From an uncultured Gemmatimonadales bacterium (GTDB lineage: Bacteria > Gemmatimonadota > Gemmatimonadetes > Gemmatimonadales > GWC2-71-9): DNA of 64,000 nucleotides. The stretch is from contig CAVSLV010000001.1 of assembly GCA_963728915.1 (NCBI GenBank), forward strand, positions 608,001 to 672,000, in the 5' to 3' direction. Under the pieces are notes generated by a model. That model saw only the letters and a program-made list of their open reading frames with translations, had not been told where the DNA came from and made no database searches. How positions within the stretch are numbered: the stretch's first letter is position 1; each line of letters opens with the position of its first letter. This document shows positions 38,602 to 47,927 of the stretch, one piece after another. Both the position numbers and the translations under genes were made by a program.

Positions 38602-40050
38602 TTACTGCTCCAACAGACGCCGAAGGTTGAGCCGGCCGGCGCCGTAGTTGGGATCGAAACGCCTTCCCTTCATGCCGGGTACTCGATCCGCGGACCGCAT
38701 GAGGCGGCGCTTGACCTCGGCGGGGGGCAGCTTGCCCCGCGCGGCGATAAGGAGCGCGACCGCGGCCGTGACGTGAGGACACGCTGCAGACGTGCCAGGC
38801 CACGCGTCATAGCGGGTATTCCGGGCCAACGGCCGGACGACAGCCCGACGTTCTCCGGTGCGAGCAGTCTGGACGCCGAACTCGCCGGGCCGGGTGGGCA
38901 GGGTGGACCAGATCGCGACGCCGGGAGCGCACAGCGCGATGTGCTTCCCGCGCCGGGAGAACGGCGCCACCGCGTCGTCCGGTCCGACTGCTCCGACCGC
39001 GATGACTCCGGGAGACGCCGCGGGATAATAGGGCTGACCGAGACCCGTCTCGCCGTTCCCCATGGCGGCGACCACCGTGGTTCGCCGGTTGAGAAGCTCC
39101 TGGAGTATCGCGGCTTCATGGGGATCCGGTGGCGCCGGCCCGCCGAGACTCAGGTTCACCACGTCGAGGCGCCGGACCAGGCACTCCTCGAGCGCCCAGT
39201 GATAGAGCACGGGCTCTACCAGGAAGACTTTGGCGTGCGCGGCGGGATCGGCCATCATCCGGTCGCCGAACACTTTCATCACATTGAGCCGACAGGGCGA
39301 GATGCCTTCGACGCCAAGCGTCGGGTCGTACAGAGCGCCGATGATCCCGGCGACGTGGGTTCCATGCCCGACAATATCCTGGGCCGAGACCGCAATCGGG
39401 TGCCCCGCTTCATAGCGATGGACATAGCGGGCGATCCGGCCTCGCAAAGCGGGATGGGGCAGGTCCACCCCGGAATCGAGAATCGCCACCGCGACGTTTC
39501 TGGCCGAGCGGAACCGCTTGAGCTGCCGCGCGGCCGCGAGCTGAATCCGCGCGTGGTTCCACATGCGCTCAGGTGGGAGCAGGCCACTGGCGGAGGGTTC
39601 GGCGGCGACCAGAAACCGCATCGGTACCCGGGAGACCGAGGCGACCTGGGGATCGGCCGCCAGTTTCCGGAGCAGGGTGGCGCGATACTTCGGGTCCCGG
39701 AGGCAGAGCAGCACGTGCCCGGTGTAGGCCCGGCCCCGGTCGTGTTCGCGGGCGGCCGCGGCGATCCCGGCCAGCGCCTGCCCCGAGTTACCCGCCCGCG
39801 CTACCTGCCGACGAGCGGCGCGACCGAGCGGAAGGAGGTAGTGCAGCTCCTGCCCCAGCTCATGGCGCTGAATCGCATGGAGCCCGGGTGCGACCTTGCT
39901 CTGGTCGGCTCCCGCCCGGAGCCGCCGCGCGATCGCGGCCGCTGCGGGTTTGAGCCGAAGCACCAGCATGTCCTCATGATGGCGCGCTGGAGCCGGCACC
40001 GATCGCCTCGTTTGGGGACGGGTAATGGAAAACCAAGTTAACGTCTCCAC
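38602..40050 (-). CDS. S8 subtilisin-family serine protease with propeptide, no signal peptide
   Basis: Triad ILDSG / HGTHVAG / GTSAACP; oxyanion AAMGN; stop 1 nt before the oxidase start. Alternative ATG at about 39969. Confidence 0.92.
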   Translation of the reverse strand: METLTWFSITRPQTRRSVPAPARHHEDMLVLRLKPAAAAIARRLRAGADQSKVAPGLHAIQRHELGQELHYLLPLGRAARRQVARAGNSGQALAGIAAAAREHDRGRAYTGHVLLCLRDPKYRATLLRKLAADPQVASVSRVPMRFLVAAEPSASGLLPPERMWNHARIQLAAARQLKRFRSARNVAVAILDSGVDLPHPALRGRIARYVHRYEAGHPIAVSAQDIVGHGTHVAGIIGALYDPTLGVEGISPCRLNVMKVFGDRMMADPAAHAKVFLVEPVLYHWALEECLVRRLDVVNLSLGGPAPPDPHEAAILQELLNRRTTVVAAMGNGETGLGQPYYPAASPGVIAVGAVGPDDAVAPFSRRGKHIALCAPGVAIWSTLPTRPGEFGVQTARTGERRAVVRPLARNTRYDAWPGTSAACPHVTAAVALLIAARGKLPPAEVKRRLMRSADRVPGMKGRRFDPNYGAGRLNLRRLLEQ

Positions 40051-40139
40051 CCTATCGCAGGGTGAAAATCCTCCACCGGTTGCAGCACACCCAGAATCGA
40101 GTGCATCGATATCTGATAAATGACTTTAGTACAGCTGTC

Positions 40140-40152
40140 TAACATATTGTTA
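40140..40152. promoter_or_regulatory. AT-rich IHF-like site / inverted repeat TAACA-TAT-TGTTA
   Basis: One mismatch to YAANNNNTTGATW; lies in the strongly AT-rich patch about 30 nt upstream of a sigma54 motif. Confidence 0.45.
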
Positions 40153-40183
40153 TCAATAGTGTTAAACGACATTAAGGAATCGG

Positions 40184-40199
40184 TGGCATTGTCGTTGCT
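40184..40199 (+). promoter_or_regulatory. Sigma54 (-24/-12) promoter of the pilin-like gene
   Basis: TGGCATTGTCGTTGCT = GG-N10-GC with TGGCA and TTGCT flanks, 60 nt upstream of the pilin ATG. Confidence 0.75.
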
Positions 40200-40259
40200 C
40201 CTCGGATGCGCCGGCCTGCAAGGGGCCCGTTCAATCCATTCGGGGGAATAGGGGAAATC

Positions 40260-40649
40260 ATGAGGCGACGTTGCCGTCGAGGGTTTACCCTCATCGAGCT
40301 GCTCATCGTGGTGGTGCTCATTGGGATTCTGGCGTCGATTGCCATTCCCAAGCTGGCCGCAACCAAAGACAAGGCCAAGCTGGCCACGGTGAAATCCGAC
40401 GTCCGGAATATCATTTCCGCCGAGGAGGCCTACCTCTCCGATTACAATGTGTACGCCAACTGGAATCAGCTGCGCAACCGGACCAACAGCAGTCTCTCCA
40501 ACGGCAACACCGCCGCCATCACCTCCAACGCCAGCGGCTTCACCGCCACGGTGACCAATAGCTCGATTGCCAAGGGATTCAAGAAGTGCAAGGTCCGGGT
40601 CGGGGCGGGGGCCACGGCCGGCGTGGACGGGGTCCTGGTTTGCTCCTGA
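40260..40649 (+). CDS. Type IV pilin-like protein
   Basis: Class III signal RRG|FTLIELLIVVVLIGILASIAIP with Glu at +5; C-terminal Cys pair. Confidence 0.92.
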   Translation: MRRRCRRGFTLIELLIVVVLIGILASIAIPKLAATKDKAKLATVKSDVRNIISAEEAYLSDYNVYANWNQLRNRTNSSLSNGNTAAITSNASGFTATVTNSSIAKGFKKCKVRVGAGATAGVDGVLVCS

Positions 40650-40711
40650 GCAGGACCGGGGACGCGGCGTTATGATCTTTTCACGCCGCGCTCCCGCATC
40701 AGGAGGCCACC

Positions 40712-43700
40712 ATGCCGGTCCCTCGGCCCGTCCTCGGGCGACCCATCCTTATACTGTTCAGCTTCCTCCAGCTCGCCACTCCACTCAGCAGCCAGCAGCG
40801 CCGACCTACCCGCCCCGCGACTCCGGCGCCTAACCCGATCGATCCGGCGTCCTACGCGGCGCTCCAATACCGGCATCTCGGGCCGGAGGGGAATCGTCTG
40901 CCCGCCGTCGCGGGCGTCCCCGGCGATCCCTTGACCTATTACGCCGGAGCCGCGTCGGGCGGGATCTGGAAGAGCACCGATGGCGGCGTGCACTGGCAGC
41001 CGATCTTCGATGGGGAGCCGGTGTCTTCCATCGGCGCTCTTGCCGTGGCGCCCTCGGATCCCAATGTGGTCTGGGCCGGCACCGGGGAGCCCTTCATCCG
41101 GAGTCACATCTCGATCGGCTGGGGCGTGTACAAGTCCACCGATGCGGGAAAGACCTGGAACAGGATGGGGCTGGAGCGGACCGGTCGCATTGCCCGGATC
41201 GTGATCGATCCGAGGAACCCGGAGGTGGTGCTGCTCGCCGCGCTGGGCCATGCCTACGGACCCCAGCCGGAGCGCGGGGTCTTCCGCACCACCGATGGCG
41301 GGAAGACCTGGGAGAAGGTCCTCTTCGTGAACGACAGCACCGGAGCCATCGACCTGGTGATGGATCCCTCCAATCCCCGGATCCTGTACGCGGCCACCTG
41401 GCAGATCGAGATCCATACCTGGGGCCGCACCAGCGGCGGTCCCGGCAGCGGCATCTGGAAGAGCACCGACGGGGGCACCACCTGGAAGCGGCTCGAGGCC
41501 CATGGTCTTCCGACCAAGCCGTTCGGCAAGGTTGGACTCGCGGTGGCCCGCAGCAATCCCAACCGGATCTACGCGCTGATCGAGACCAGCGACGGGGTTC
41601 CGGTTCCCGGATTCGAGCCAGAGCGGGGCGAGCTCTGGCGCTCCGATGACGCGGGCGCCACCTGGAAAGTGGTGAGCTACGACCGCCAGCTCGCCGGGCG
41701 CACCCAGTATTACACCCGCCTGGCCGTGTCGCCCGACAACCAGAACGAAGCCTATTTCCTGGCCGGCGATTACAGTCGCACCCTCGACGGTGGCGCCACC
41801 ACCGTCGACGTGCCATTCGACGAGCAACCCGGCTGGGATTACCACGACATCTGGATCGATCCCACCAACCCGAATCGCATGGTGGTGGGAAGCGATTGCT
41901 GCGTATCGGTCTCGGTCACCCGGGGTAAGACCTGGCTCCAGACCAATCTGCCCGTCGCCCAGATGTATCACGTGACCGTGGATAACCAGGTTCCCTATTA
42001 CGTGTACGGCAACCGGCAGGATGGGCCGTCCGCCATGGGACCGAGCAACAGCAAGACCGGCGGCATCTTCGGACCGGGCAATATCACCCGCGGGATGTGG
42101 GGGACGGTGGGGGGCGGCGAAAGCGGGTGGGCCACCCCGGATCCCGAGGACCACAACACGGTTTGGTCGAGCGCTTCGGGCTCGGGCGCGGGGGGCGGCA
42201 TCGTGGTCAAGTACGACGCCCGCACCGGCACCCTCCGGAACGTCGAGGTCTGGCCCGAGGCGCCGTTCGGGTTTGCCGCCAAGGATCTCAAGTACCGGTG
42301 GGTCTGGAATTTTCCCCTGACCATCTCGCCGCACGATCACAACAAGATCTACGTCGGGAGCCAGTACGTGCACGCCACCACGAACGGTGGTCAGAGCTGG
42401 CAAGTCATCAGCCCCGACCTCACCCGGAACGACCGGAGCAAGATGGGCAGCTCGGGCGGCCTCACCCCCGACAACATCGGAGTCGAGTATGCCGGGGTGG
42501 TATTCGCCATCGCGGAGTCGCCCCTGGACGCCGGGCTCATCTGGGCCGGCAGCAACGACGGCCTGGTGCACGTCACGCGGGACGGCGGGAAGACCTGGAC
42601 CAATGTGAGCGCGAATATTCCGGGCCTTCCCGATTGGGCCACCATCGCCACCATCCAGCCCTCGCACTACGACACCGGTACCGCGTATCTCGCCGTCGAT
42701 GGCCACCAGGCCAATAACCGGGACCCCTGGGTCTACAAGACCGCCGACTACGGCAAGACCTGGCGCCTGATCACCAGCGGGTTGGAGAAGACTCCGCTGA
42801 GCTACGCCCACGTGGTGCGGGAGGATCCGGTGCGGAAGGGCCTCTTGTATCTGGGGCTCGAGAACGGGCTCTTCGTCTCCTTCGACGACGGGGAACACTG
42901 GCAGCCCCTCCAGACCAACCTTCCCCACGCGCCGGTGTACGAGATCATGGTGCAGGAACACTTCCACGATCTGGTGGTGGCGACGTACGGGAGAGGCATC
43001 TGGATTCTCGACGACGTGACCCCGCTCGAGCAGCTCACGCCGGAGGTGGCGGCCAAGCCGGTCCACCTCTTCACCCAGCGGCCCGCCTACCGGTTCCGGC
43101 TGGTCGAAGCGCCGTACGCCGCGCTCTACGATCCGGTGGAAGGCAAGAACCCGCCCTATGGCGCCGATATCAACTACTGGCTCGGCGCCGATGTTCCGGA
43201 CAGCGTGACGCTTACCATCGCCGATGTGGGCGGAGCCGCCGTTCGCACCCTCAAGGGCCCAGGCACCAAGGGACTGCACCGGGTGATGTGGAACCTTCTG
43301 GGCGAGCCGACCAGGACGGGGCGCCTCCATACCGCGCCACTCTACTCGCCCGGATATCGAGGTGCCCGATACCGGCCGAGCTCCCCCGGATTTTGGCCGC
43401 CTCAGCATTCTGGTGCCCCCGGGGACCTACACCGTCAAGCTCAAGGCCGGCGACCAGGAGATGAGTACGCCGCTGGTGGTCCTGAAGGATCCCAACTCCG
43501 GGGGAAGCGAGGCCGGCATTGTCGCCCAGACCGCGCTGCTCAAGGAGATTGCGACCCGGGTGAATGACGGCGTGGAGATGGTGAACCGGCTCGAAACCGT
43601 GCGAGCCCAGCTCGCCGCCCTGCGCAATACCCTGCGAACCGATTCGGCCCGGCAGGACGTGCGCACGGCCGCCGATTCCCTCGATGCGAAGCTGGTCGGC

Positions 43701-43982
43701 GTGGAGGGTGAGCTGACCCAGTTGCTGGAAACGGGGCGAGGTCAGGACGGGGTGCGGTATCCCACCAGGCTGATCGGCCAGCTCATGTACCTGGCCGGCG
43801 GGATATCGGCCGGCGAGTTCGAGCCCACCGACCAGCAACGCGAGGTGTACCAGATGCTGAGTGGGAAGATCGCCGCGCAGCGCGGCGCGTTCGACCGCCT
43901 GATGGCCCAGGACGTGTCGACCTTCAACGCCATGCTCCGGCAGCGGAATCTCGCGGGTGTGATCGTCACCGCGCCCTGGTGA
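40712..43982 (+). pseudogene. VPS10/BNR (Asp-box) repeat glycosyl-hydrolase-like secreted protein with a single-base frameshift at about 43350
   Basis: Many SxDGGxTW Asp-boxes. Removing one C from CCC 43349-51 gives ...YSPDIEVPDTG...VPPGTYTVKL to the stop at 43982; the 3271-nt span is 3n+1. Confidence 0.85.
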
Positions 43983-44731
43983 CGAGCGATTTCGAAGGCC
44001 GGGTCGCGCTGGTTACCGGCGCGGCCAGGGGCCTGGGCCGGGCGGCCGCCTCGCGGCTACTCGAGCGGGGAGCCGCGGTCGCGATTCACGTCCGGGACCG
44101 GCAGCGAGCGGAGGAAGTGGTTCGTGACCTGGGCGGGGCAGCGAAGTGCCTCCCGGTCTCCGGTGATCTGGAAGACGAGGCGGTCCCCCAGCGGCTGGTC
44201 CGCGAGGCGCTCGACCGTTTTGCCCGACTCGATATCCTGGTCAACAACGCGGCGCTTCCGTTCACCACCCGGTTCGAGCAGATCTCCCCCGAGGAATGGC
44301 GACGCGCTCTGGCGGTGAATCTCACCGCGCCATTCCTCCTGACCCGCGCGGCGCTTCCCGCGATGAAGGCGCAGGCCTACGGCCGGATCGTCAATATCTC
44401 CTCCACCGCGGGCCGCATGGTGTCCACCCTTGGCGGCGCGCACTACACCACCACCAAGACCGGTCTCCTCGGCCTAACCCGCGCGGCGGCAAAAGAGCTG
44501 GGTCGCTACGGCATCACGGTCAATGCGGTGTGCCCGGGGATGATCGATACCGAGCTGACCCGGGAGAGCGCCTCGGAGGAGCAACTCGAACGGTTCGCGA
44601 GAGGGTACCCGGTTCCCCGGCTGGGAACCGCGGGGGAAGTCGCCGATCTGATCTGTTTCGCCGCTTCGGAGGCCGCGGGGTACATCACCGGCGCGGTCTT
44701 CGACATCAACGGCGGCGACCTCATGATGTAG
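43979..44731 (+). CDS. Short-chain dehydrogenase/reductase (FabG-like)
   Basis: TGAARGLG, NNA, YTTTK, PGMIDT; GTGA overlap with the upstream gene. Confidence 0.93.
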   Translation: MTSDFEGRVALVTGAARGLGRAAASRLLERGAAVAIHVRDRQRAEEVVRDLGGAAKCLPVSGDLEDEAVPQRLVREALDRFARLDILVNNAALPFTTRFEQISPEEWRRALAVNLTAPFLLTRAALPAMKAQAYGRIVNISSTAGRMVSTLGGAHYTTTKTGLLGLTRAAAKELGRYGITVNAVCPGMIDTELTRESASEEQLERFARGYPVPRLGTAGEVADLICFAASEAAGYITGAVFDINGGDLMM

Positions 44732-44744
44732 GAAGGGAGTCCTC

Positions 44745-45980
44745 ATGAAGGAGAGCACCCGCGTCCTGGTGGCGCTGGTGGCGGGCCTGGTGCTGGGAGC
44801 GATCGTGGCCGCCCTGGGAACGCCCAGCCTGCTTCGCGCCGCCGAAGCGGTTGGGGTCGTGGGGACTATCTGGATCAACGCCATCCGGATGACCATTATC
44901 CCGCTCGTCGTGTCGTTGCTCATCACCGGCGTGGCGGGCGCGGCCGATCTCCGGGCCATCGGCCGGATCGGGGGACGAAGTCTCCTGACCTTCGTGCTGC
45001 TCCTCATCGGGACGGCGATCGTGATCATGCCGCTCGCGGTGCTGGTTTTTTCCCTGGTCCCGCCCCTGGCGATTCGCCCCGAGCTCCCCGCCGGCGCAGT
45101 CGAGGCAGCAGGCCAGATCACCGGGAGCGCGCAGCCCACCGGTCTCGGCTCGTGGCTCGTATCCCTGCTCCCAACCAATCCGATCGCTGCCGCGGCCAAC
45201 GGGGCCATGCTCCAGTTGATTCTCTTCACCCTCATTCTGGCCCTGGCGATCGCGCGGAGCGGCGCGGCCGCCCGGGAGACCCTGCTTGGCTTCTTTCGCG
45301 CCTTGAGCGAAGCGATTCTCGTCATTGTGCGCTGGGTCGTCGCTCTGGCGCCCATCGGGGTATTCGCCCTGGTGCTTCCCCTCGCCGCGCGGGGCGGAGC
45401 CGGGACGGCGGGCGCCGTCGGGCTCTACGTCGTGATCTATTCCGCCGGCAGCCTGCTCGCGGTGCTTCTCCTCTACCCGGCGGTGCGGCTCGCCGCCGGC
45501 GTTTCGATGCGCCGTTTCGCCCGGGCCCTGTTCCCGGCCCAGACGGTGGCGTTCGCCTCTTCCTCGTCGATCGCGGCACTCCCCGCCCTGGTCGAAGGAG
45601 CCGAACAGAAACTCGAGCTGCCCGAGCGGGTCAGCGGGTTCGTGCTGCCCCTCGCCGTTTCCATGTTCAAGATCGCTGCGCCGGTCTCCTGGACCATCGG
45701 GGCACTCTTTCTCGGATGGTTCTACGGCATCCCCCTGGGTATTGGAGCGCTGGCCACTATCGCGTTTGCCGCGGTTTTTCTGGCTTTCGCGGCTCCGGGA
45801 GTTCCCCGAGGCGCCTGGCTGCTGCTGACCCCGCTGCTGGTGCAGATCGGTCTGCCGGCGGAAGGTGTCGGGATCCTGATTGCGGTGGATGCCATTCCCG
45901 ATCTCTTCGCTACGGTATTGAATGTGAGCGGCGACATGGCGGCCGCCGCCATCGTGGCACGACCGTTCAGGCAGCCTTGA
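44745..45980 (+). CDS. Dicarboxylate/amino acid:cation symporter (DAACS)
   Basis: LLPTNPI, FASSSSIAALP, GLPAEGV, DLFATVLNVSGD. Confidence 0.9.
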   Translation: MKESTRVLVALVAGLVLGAIVAALGTPSLLRAAEAVGVVGTIWINAIRMTIIPLVVSLLITGVAGAADLRAIGRIGGRSLLTFVLLLIGTAIVIMPLAVLVFSLVPPLAIRPELPAGAVEAAGQITGSAQPTGLGSWLVSLLPTNPIAAAANGAMLQLILFTLILALAIARSGAAARETLLGFFRALSEAILVIVRWVVALAPIGVFALVLPLAARGGAGTAGAVGLYVVIYSAGSLLAVLLLYPAVRLAAGVSMRRFARALFPAQTVAFASSSSIAALPALVEGAEQKLELPERVSGFVLPLAVSMFKIAAPVSWTIGALFLGWFYGIPLGIGALATIAFAAVFLAFAAPGVPRGAWLLLTPLLVQIGLPAEGVGILIAVDAIPDLFATVLNVSGDMAAAAIVARPFRQP

Positions 45981-46011
45981 CGAACCGGGCTGGATTCGTC
46001 ATGTATTGATC

Positions 46012-46584
46012 ATGGCGGAATCCGGATCTCCCTCCCTGATCGAGCGTCTCAACACCACCTGGCACCGGCCGGCGCTCTTCATTTTCCTCGCGATCGTGAT
46101 CGCCCACTGGGCCGAACATATCGCCCAGGCTTATCAGGTGTACGTCCTTGGCTGGGCCATGCCCAGGGCGCTCGGTGTCCTCGGGCTCTGGTTTCCCTGG
46201 CTGATCCGCTCCGAATCGCTGCACTACGGATATGCGGTGGTGATGCTGGCGGGGCTGTGGTTTCTCCGGAAGGGCTTTCATGGACGGGCCTACACCTGGT
46301 GGATGATCTCCTTCTGGATCCAGATGTGGCACCACTTCGAGCACGGCCTCCTCTTCGTGCAGGCGACCACCGGTCACAACTTCTTCGGGGCCGCGGTTCC
46401 CACGAGCGTCGGCCAGCTCTTCATCCGGCGGATGGAGCTACACCTGATTTACAACACTCTGGTCTTCATTCCGATGGTCGTCGCGATGTGGAAGCACCGC
46501 TATCCCGGCAAGGCCGAAGCGGGAGCGGCTCGGTGCAGCTGTGCGGTCCATCGTGATCACGCCCTCGCCGCTTCGACCGCCTGA
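46012..46584 (+). CDS. Hypothetical His-rich membrane protein (2x HxxEH...LH)
   Basis: About 4 TMs; HWAEH...ESLHY and HHFEH...MELHL. Confidence 0.75.
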   Translation: MAESGSPSLIERLNTTWHRPALFIFLAIVIAHWAEHIAQAYQVYVLGWAMPRALGVLGLWFPWLIRSESLHYGYAVVMLAGLWFLRKGFHGRAYTWWMISFWIQMWHHFEHGLLFVQATTGHNFFGAAVPTSVGQLFIRRMELHLIYNTLVFIPMVVAMWKHRYPGKAEAGAARCSCAVHRDHALAASTA

Positions 46585-46596
46585 AGCGACTCCTTC

Positions 46597-47895
46597 CTAG
46601 AAGCTGAAATCCAGGCCGGCGGTCCAGATCAGGCCGGCCTGCAACCCACCGCGCCGAAGCGGCACCACCGCGTTGGTGGTGAGAATCGGCCCTCCCGGCG
46701 TCCGGAACCGGAAGCCCAGGGACCCGTTCACCCGGTGGTCCCGCATCTCGGGAATATTGGAAAGCTGCACGGTGCGCTGCACCGGGTATTCGAAGGTGAT
46801 GCTGCTTGGCAGGGTGAGCGCGTTGGGGCCGGTTTCCCATTCCGAGATGACGTCCACCGCGAGGGTGGCCCACGACGCCATCAGCTCGTCGAATCCCGCC
46901 GTCGCGAGGAACGCGTCATTGAGGCCCCGTCCACCCCGCACCGCGTATCCAAGGTTCAGGTGCGAGGAGAAGTTTCCGAACTGGCCCGCGCCGATCAACA
47001 GTCCCCGGAAGCCCAGATGCCCGGACCCGGTGAGGTCCTCCTCCGACCCGGTGGGGAGCCGGGTATCGGCCATGATCGCGACCCGGAACGGCTCGGTGTT
47101 GAGCAGCGTGGCCTTGATCCGCAGCGCGATATCGCCGATCCCGGTCTCCGACCCGAACGTAGCCGCGTTGGCGGTGAGGACCGGATTGCTCGAATCCCCC
47201 GCGAAGAAGTGGGAGGTCGGGATCCCGAAGGGCAGGAACTGCCCGACGCTCCGTCCCGACAGGGAGCTGTGCACCACCGGCACCGCCACGCTCACGTCCA
47301 CCCGGTCGTTCACGCCGTAGGTCGCGAAGAAGGTGGACACCAGCAGGTTCACGTTGAGATCGAGCCGGACCTGCAGCAGGTCGTTCTCGCGGACCGGCTG
47401 GCCTAACCCGGCGGGCGGGACGTCCTGGTGGGTGAAGGTGAGGATCAACCCTTCGAGCGGGACCCCCCGGAGGGAGGTGAAGGCGATCCCGGTGAGATTC
47501 GCTCCGGTGACGAACCGGCCCTTGCCGATGGTCTGGGCCCGCTCGCCGAAAATCGGGCCCAGCGAGGTGGAGGTCTTGACCGGCAGTCCTCCGGCGAACG
47601 TGTAGGTAATCCCGCTGCCCGAGGCCGGCAGAGGGAAGTTGGAGGCGGTCGAGGAGATCGCGTCGTTCAGAAAGGTGATCAGCGCGCCATTGCTCGCCGC
47701 TACATCGGGGAGGAAGTGATCTCCGTGGCCGTTGGTCGCGTTGACCGAATTGTCGAGGCAGAGCGGTTTGCCGCAGGAACCGAAGCTGAAGAGATCCTGG
47801 AGCCGGTCCCGAAGATGTCCGGAAGTCTGCTGGGCGGAAAGCGGCGCCGCGGAGAGGAAGGCCAGGAGCGATAACGCGAGACGGCGACTGGACAT
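46597..47895 (-). CDS. Hypothetical secreted / outer-membrane beta-barrel protein
   Basis: Signal peptide; GIGDIALRIK, LPTG; alternating beta-strands; C-terminal Phe (GLDFSF). Confidence 0.7.
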   Translation of the reverse strand: MSSRRLALSLLAFLSAAPLSAQQTSGHLRDRLQDLFSFGSCGKPLCLDNSVNATNGHGDHFLPDVAASNGALITFLNDAISSTASNFPLPASGSGITYTFAGGLPVKTSTSLGPIFGERAQTIGKGRFVTGANLTGIAFTSLRGVPLEGLILTFTHQDVPPAGLGQPVRENDLLQVRLDLNVNLLVSTFFATYGVNDRVDVSVAVPVVHSSLSGRSVGQFLPFGIPTSHFFAGDSSNPVLTANAATFGSETGIGDIALRIKATLLNTEPFRVAIMADTRLPTGSEEDLTGSGHLGFRGLLIGAGQFGNFSSHLNLGYAVRGGRGLNDAFLATAGFDELMASWATLAVDVISEWETGPNALTLPSSITFEYPVQRTVQLSNIPEMRDHRVNGSLGFRFRTPGGPILTTNAVVPLRRGGLQAGLIWTAGLDFSF

Positions 47896-47927
47896 GCGCG
47901 GGCCCCGGTGAAGGATGGTGGTTCGAT

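Noticed and set aside
40670..43408. Very long antisense ORFs (for example 40670-43408 minus, 49969-52260 plus, 34941-36992 minus, 47964-49784 plus)
   Set aside because: They mirror well-supported genes on the other strand and show no family motifs; such ORFs are expected from high-GC codon bias.
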